Shown here piece after piece: positions 21,532 through 23,902 of a stretch of 23,902 bases of DNA. This DNA comes from Selaginella moellendorffii (Eukaryota; Plantae; Lycopodiophyta): positions 792,785 through 816,686 of the forward strand of contig NW_003314274.1 in assembly GCF_000143415.4 (NCBI RefSeq). Reading direction: 5' to 3'. Both the position numbers and the translations under genes were made by a program. The stretch's first letter is position 1. Each line of letters opens with the position of its first letter. The notes beneath the pieces are model-generated. The model searched no databases, was not told the origin of the DNA, and saw only the letters and a program-made list of their open reading frames with translations.

Positions 21532-22677
21532 TGTAGCGCACGTGGTTTTGACCCTTTATCCTATGGTGATTTACCATAGGATAACACCACGAAGCGGAAC
21601 CTAAACCCTCTTTGTGCCACGTGACAGATGCCACGTGTCACATACCACGTGTCCGTGCCACGTGTCCATAGGAACCCGAGGTTCAGGGCCTTGGGCCACT
21701 GAACGAAGGAACAGTGCCAAACTCCCAAGCGTGACGCCAAGGAGTGATGGAACTGGACCACGGAGCAACTCCCGAGCATATAGCCCAAGGAGCGAAGGGA
21801 CAGGGGCCCGGAGCGACTTGGAACAGTCCTGGAGCAACCAGCATACCAATGCCAGGACCAGCACGCAAAACGGAGCCAAACGGAGTCTGGCGCTATTTCG
21901 GCATACCGGTGGCCTAACGTGAGGATATGGGTACTCCACCAACTAGCATGGAATGGAACTTGGGCTTAGACCCAAGCCGGACGCAGAACAAGGACAGGCA
22001 CGCAAGCGGGAGCTAGACTATGCCTCAGGTTGGTCGGCCATGCCCGACCTACCCACTATCCCTACTATACATTTGGAACCCCCCACAGCCCCCCCCCCTT
22101 GAGGAACACACGCTTTGGGCTTTCACCCCAAGCCTCCCTTAGTATCAGGAGTTAGTCTCTGGGACAAGTTTAAAACTTACTAAATATGGAATGTCCTTAG
22201 AATGCGAATTTGGACACAGGACGAACACCATTGTGTTCAGGCCGACCTCTACATTCCGTAGATATGCCAAATGAGCAAATCTAGACACTTTCCATAAATA
22301 GCATTTGGGACCAAAATGAGACTAACACAAAGGGCATGATAGCGAGGGTGTTTGGCAGACACGGTAAGCTATCATGTAGCGATATTGAGGGACCAATCTC
22401 AATACGCGAGGGTTCTTGTCAAGCCAGTGCAAGACAGAGCAAAAGAGAACTAAAAAGCCAGGCCAAGTATGCTTGGCTGAATAAACACTTAGGAATTCCG
22501 TCCTTATGCTCATCCGGCCAAGTACAGATGCAAAGTCCAGTTTACTAACACTTGAACAAGAGGGACTAATAAAGGGTCCAGCAATACCGACCTCCTGCCA
22601 TCGTGGCAGTAAGGAAAGAGTGTCCGTAAGGACTGGTCGACAGGTAACTTTCGATACCCAAAGTCACATTCGCGACA
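21532..22677 (-). repeat. 5' LTR (1146 bp, complete)
   Basis: TGTAGCG...CGCGACA termini (6/7 inverted match). Flanked by the PBS on one side and Helitron sequence on the other. Confidence 0.97.
21618..21664. promoter_or_regulatory. Cluster of four G-box/ABRE-type motifs (CCACGTG) at 13-14 bp spacing
   Basis: CACGTG at 21618, 21632, 21646 and 21659, plus one at 21539. The motifs are present; function is unproven. Confidence 0.6.
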
Positions 22678-23902
22678 ATATGTTACTAAGAAATGAAGGA
22701 ACTGATAATTGACATTATAATATACCACAAACAAATGATATTGTTGTCTTTTTGTTAGTGAGAATGGAGAACCCCCATGTGAACATGAAATTTGTATATA
22801 TTCTATGGCAAATCATTCTAAAAATATTTTAGCACTTGATGTTAATTGTGATCCTATGGTTTATCCTTTGATATTTTCTTTTGGTAATAAAGGATGGCAT
22901 GCAAATATTTTGAATACATGAGGACGTCAAATTACATTACTTCTATGTTATGCATATCGCTTATCTAAAAGAGACACACTACAATTAGATTTTGACCAAA
23001 TCTTACATGTTGGCAAGCTTACTCAACAATACATTGTTCATATATATGTCAAAGTTGAGAGTAATAACTTATATTACTATCATACCCACCAAAAAAAATT
23101 ACGAGTATAAATGTATACTGGTCTTATGGATTATGTTGCAAATCGTGCTTCAAATGAAAATATGAACCTTGGTAAAATTATTATACTACCTTCAACTTTT
23201 GGTGATAGACTAAGAGCAATGCAAAAAAATTATCAAGATGCAATGGCAATTGTTGCTCATTACTCGAAACCAGATTTTTTCATTACTTTGACTTGCAACC
23301 TTAAATGGCCAAAAATTATAGAAAACTTACATCCAAATGAAGGTCTTGAAGACCATCTTGATTTGGTCTTTAGAGTTTTCTATATTCAACTTAAAGAATT
23401 TTTTAAAGACATAATAAAAAAGCATGTATTTGGAAAATGTATAGCATATATATACATAATTGAGTTCCAAAAAAGAGGTCTCCCATATTGTGATTTTCTA
23501 GGAATTCTAACACATGAAAATAAAATTAAAGACTGTGATGCAATTAATCAACATATTATGGCTGGATTACCAGATCCTCATAACAAGCCTGAACTCTTTA
23601 AAATAATTACATTGTATATGATGCATGGACCATATAGAATTTTTTATCCTAATAGTCTTTGCATAGAAATAGTTTTTTCTTGAAAGGTTTTCCAAAAAAA
23701 TTTAATTATGAAACAATATTTTCAATTAATAGATATCCAGATTATTATAGACTAGACAACAGATGTATAGTTTTTAAAAATGGTGTCATATGGATAACCA
23801 TTGGGTTGTACCTTATAACAAGTACCTCTATAAAAAATATAAAGCTTATTTAAATATTAAAAATATGTGCAGCTATAAAAAGTATTAAATATTTATTCAA
23901 TA
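22678..23902 (+). pseudogene. Second Helitron Rep fragment, interrupted at the 5' side by the LTR element and running off the window
   Basis: Collinear with ~8842-10071. DPMVYPL, KPDFFITLTCNLKW, EFQKRGLPYCDF (HUH decayed), MMHGPY and IKYLF are present. Stops and frameshifts. Confidence 0.93.

Larger units (their letters stand above)
15804..22677 (-). mobile_element. Young non-autonomous LTR retrotransposon (LARD-like) with ~5-kb ORF-less internal region
   Basis: 5' LTR 21532-22677, iMet PBS 21518-21529, PPT 16550-16562, and 3' LTR ending at 16549 with its far part lost in the gap. Longest internal ORF is 115 aa. No RT YxDD or integrase motifs were recognised. Confidence 0.93.

Overview
AT-rich eukaryotic, TE-dense heterochromatin-like window with no intact host gene. 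A land plant is indicated by Cassandra elements; a fern or lycophyte origin is only an inference. From left to right: (1) an unidentified decayed minus-strand ORF (<840); (2) an array of six spaced imperfect palindromes (1001-1535); (3) an intron-containing, decayed Mutator-like (MULE) transposase with a GCM/WRKY-type Zn domain (~2290-4620); (4) a chimeric retro-unit with a 5S-bearing Cassandra LTR at one end, an unrelated LTR at the other, and a near-perfect 5-bp TSD (4621-5828); (5) a solo-LTR-like segment with a 6/12-bp minisatellite (~5850-7090); (6) a full-length but decayed Helitron Rep/PIF1 helicase (8027-12358); (7) a cryptic minus-strand GRWD1/RRB1-like WD40 pseudogene (~12455-15590), interrupted by a complete Cassandra TRIM (13392-13974) and a truncated Copia-like element (~14200-15478); (8) a 100-N gap; (9) a young (LTRs ~99% identical) but ORF-less LTR element (15804-22677) inserted into (10) a second Helitron Rep (22678-end). 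All protein assignments come from manual translation and recalled motifs. No database search was run.
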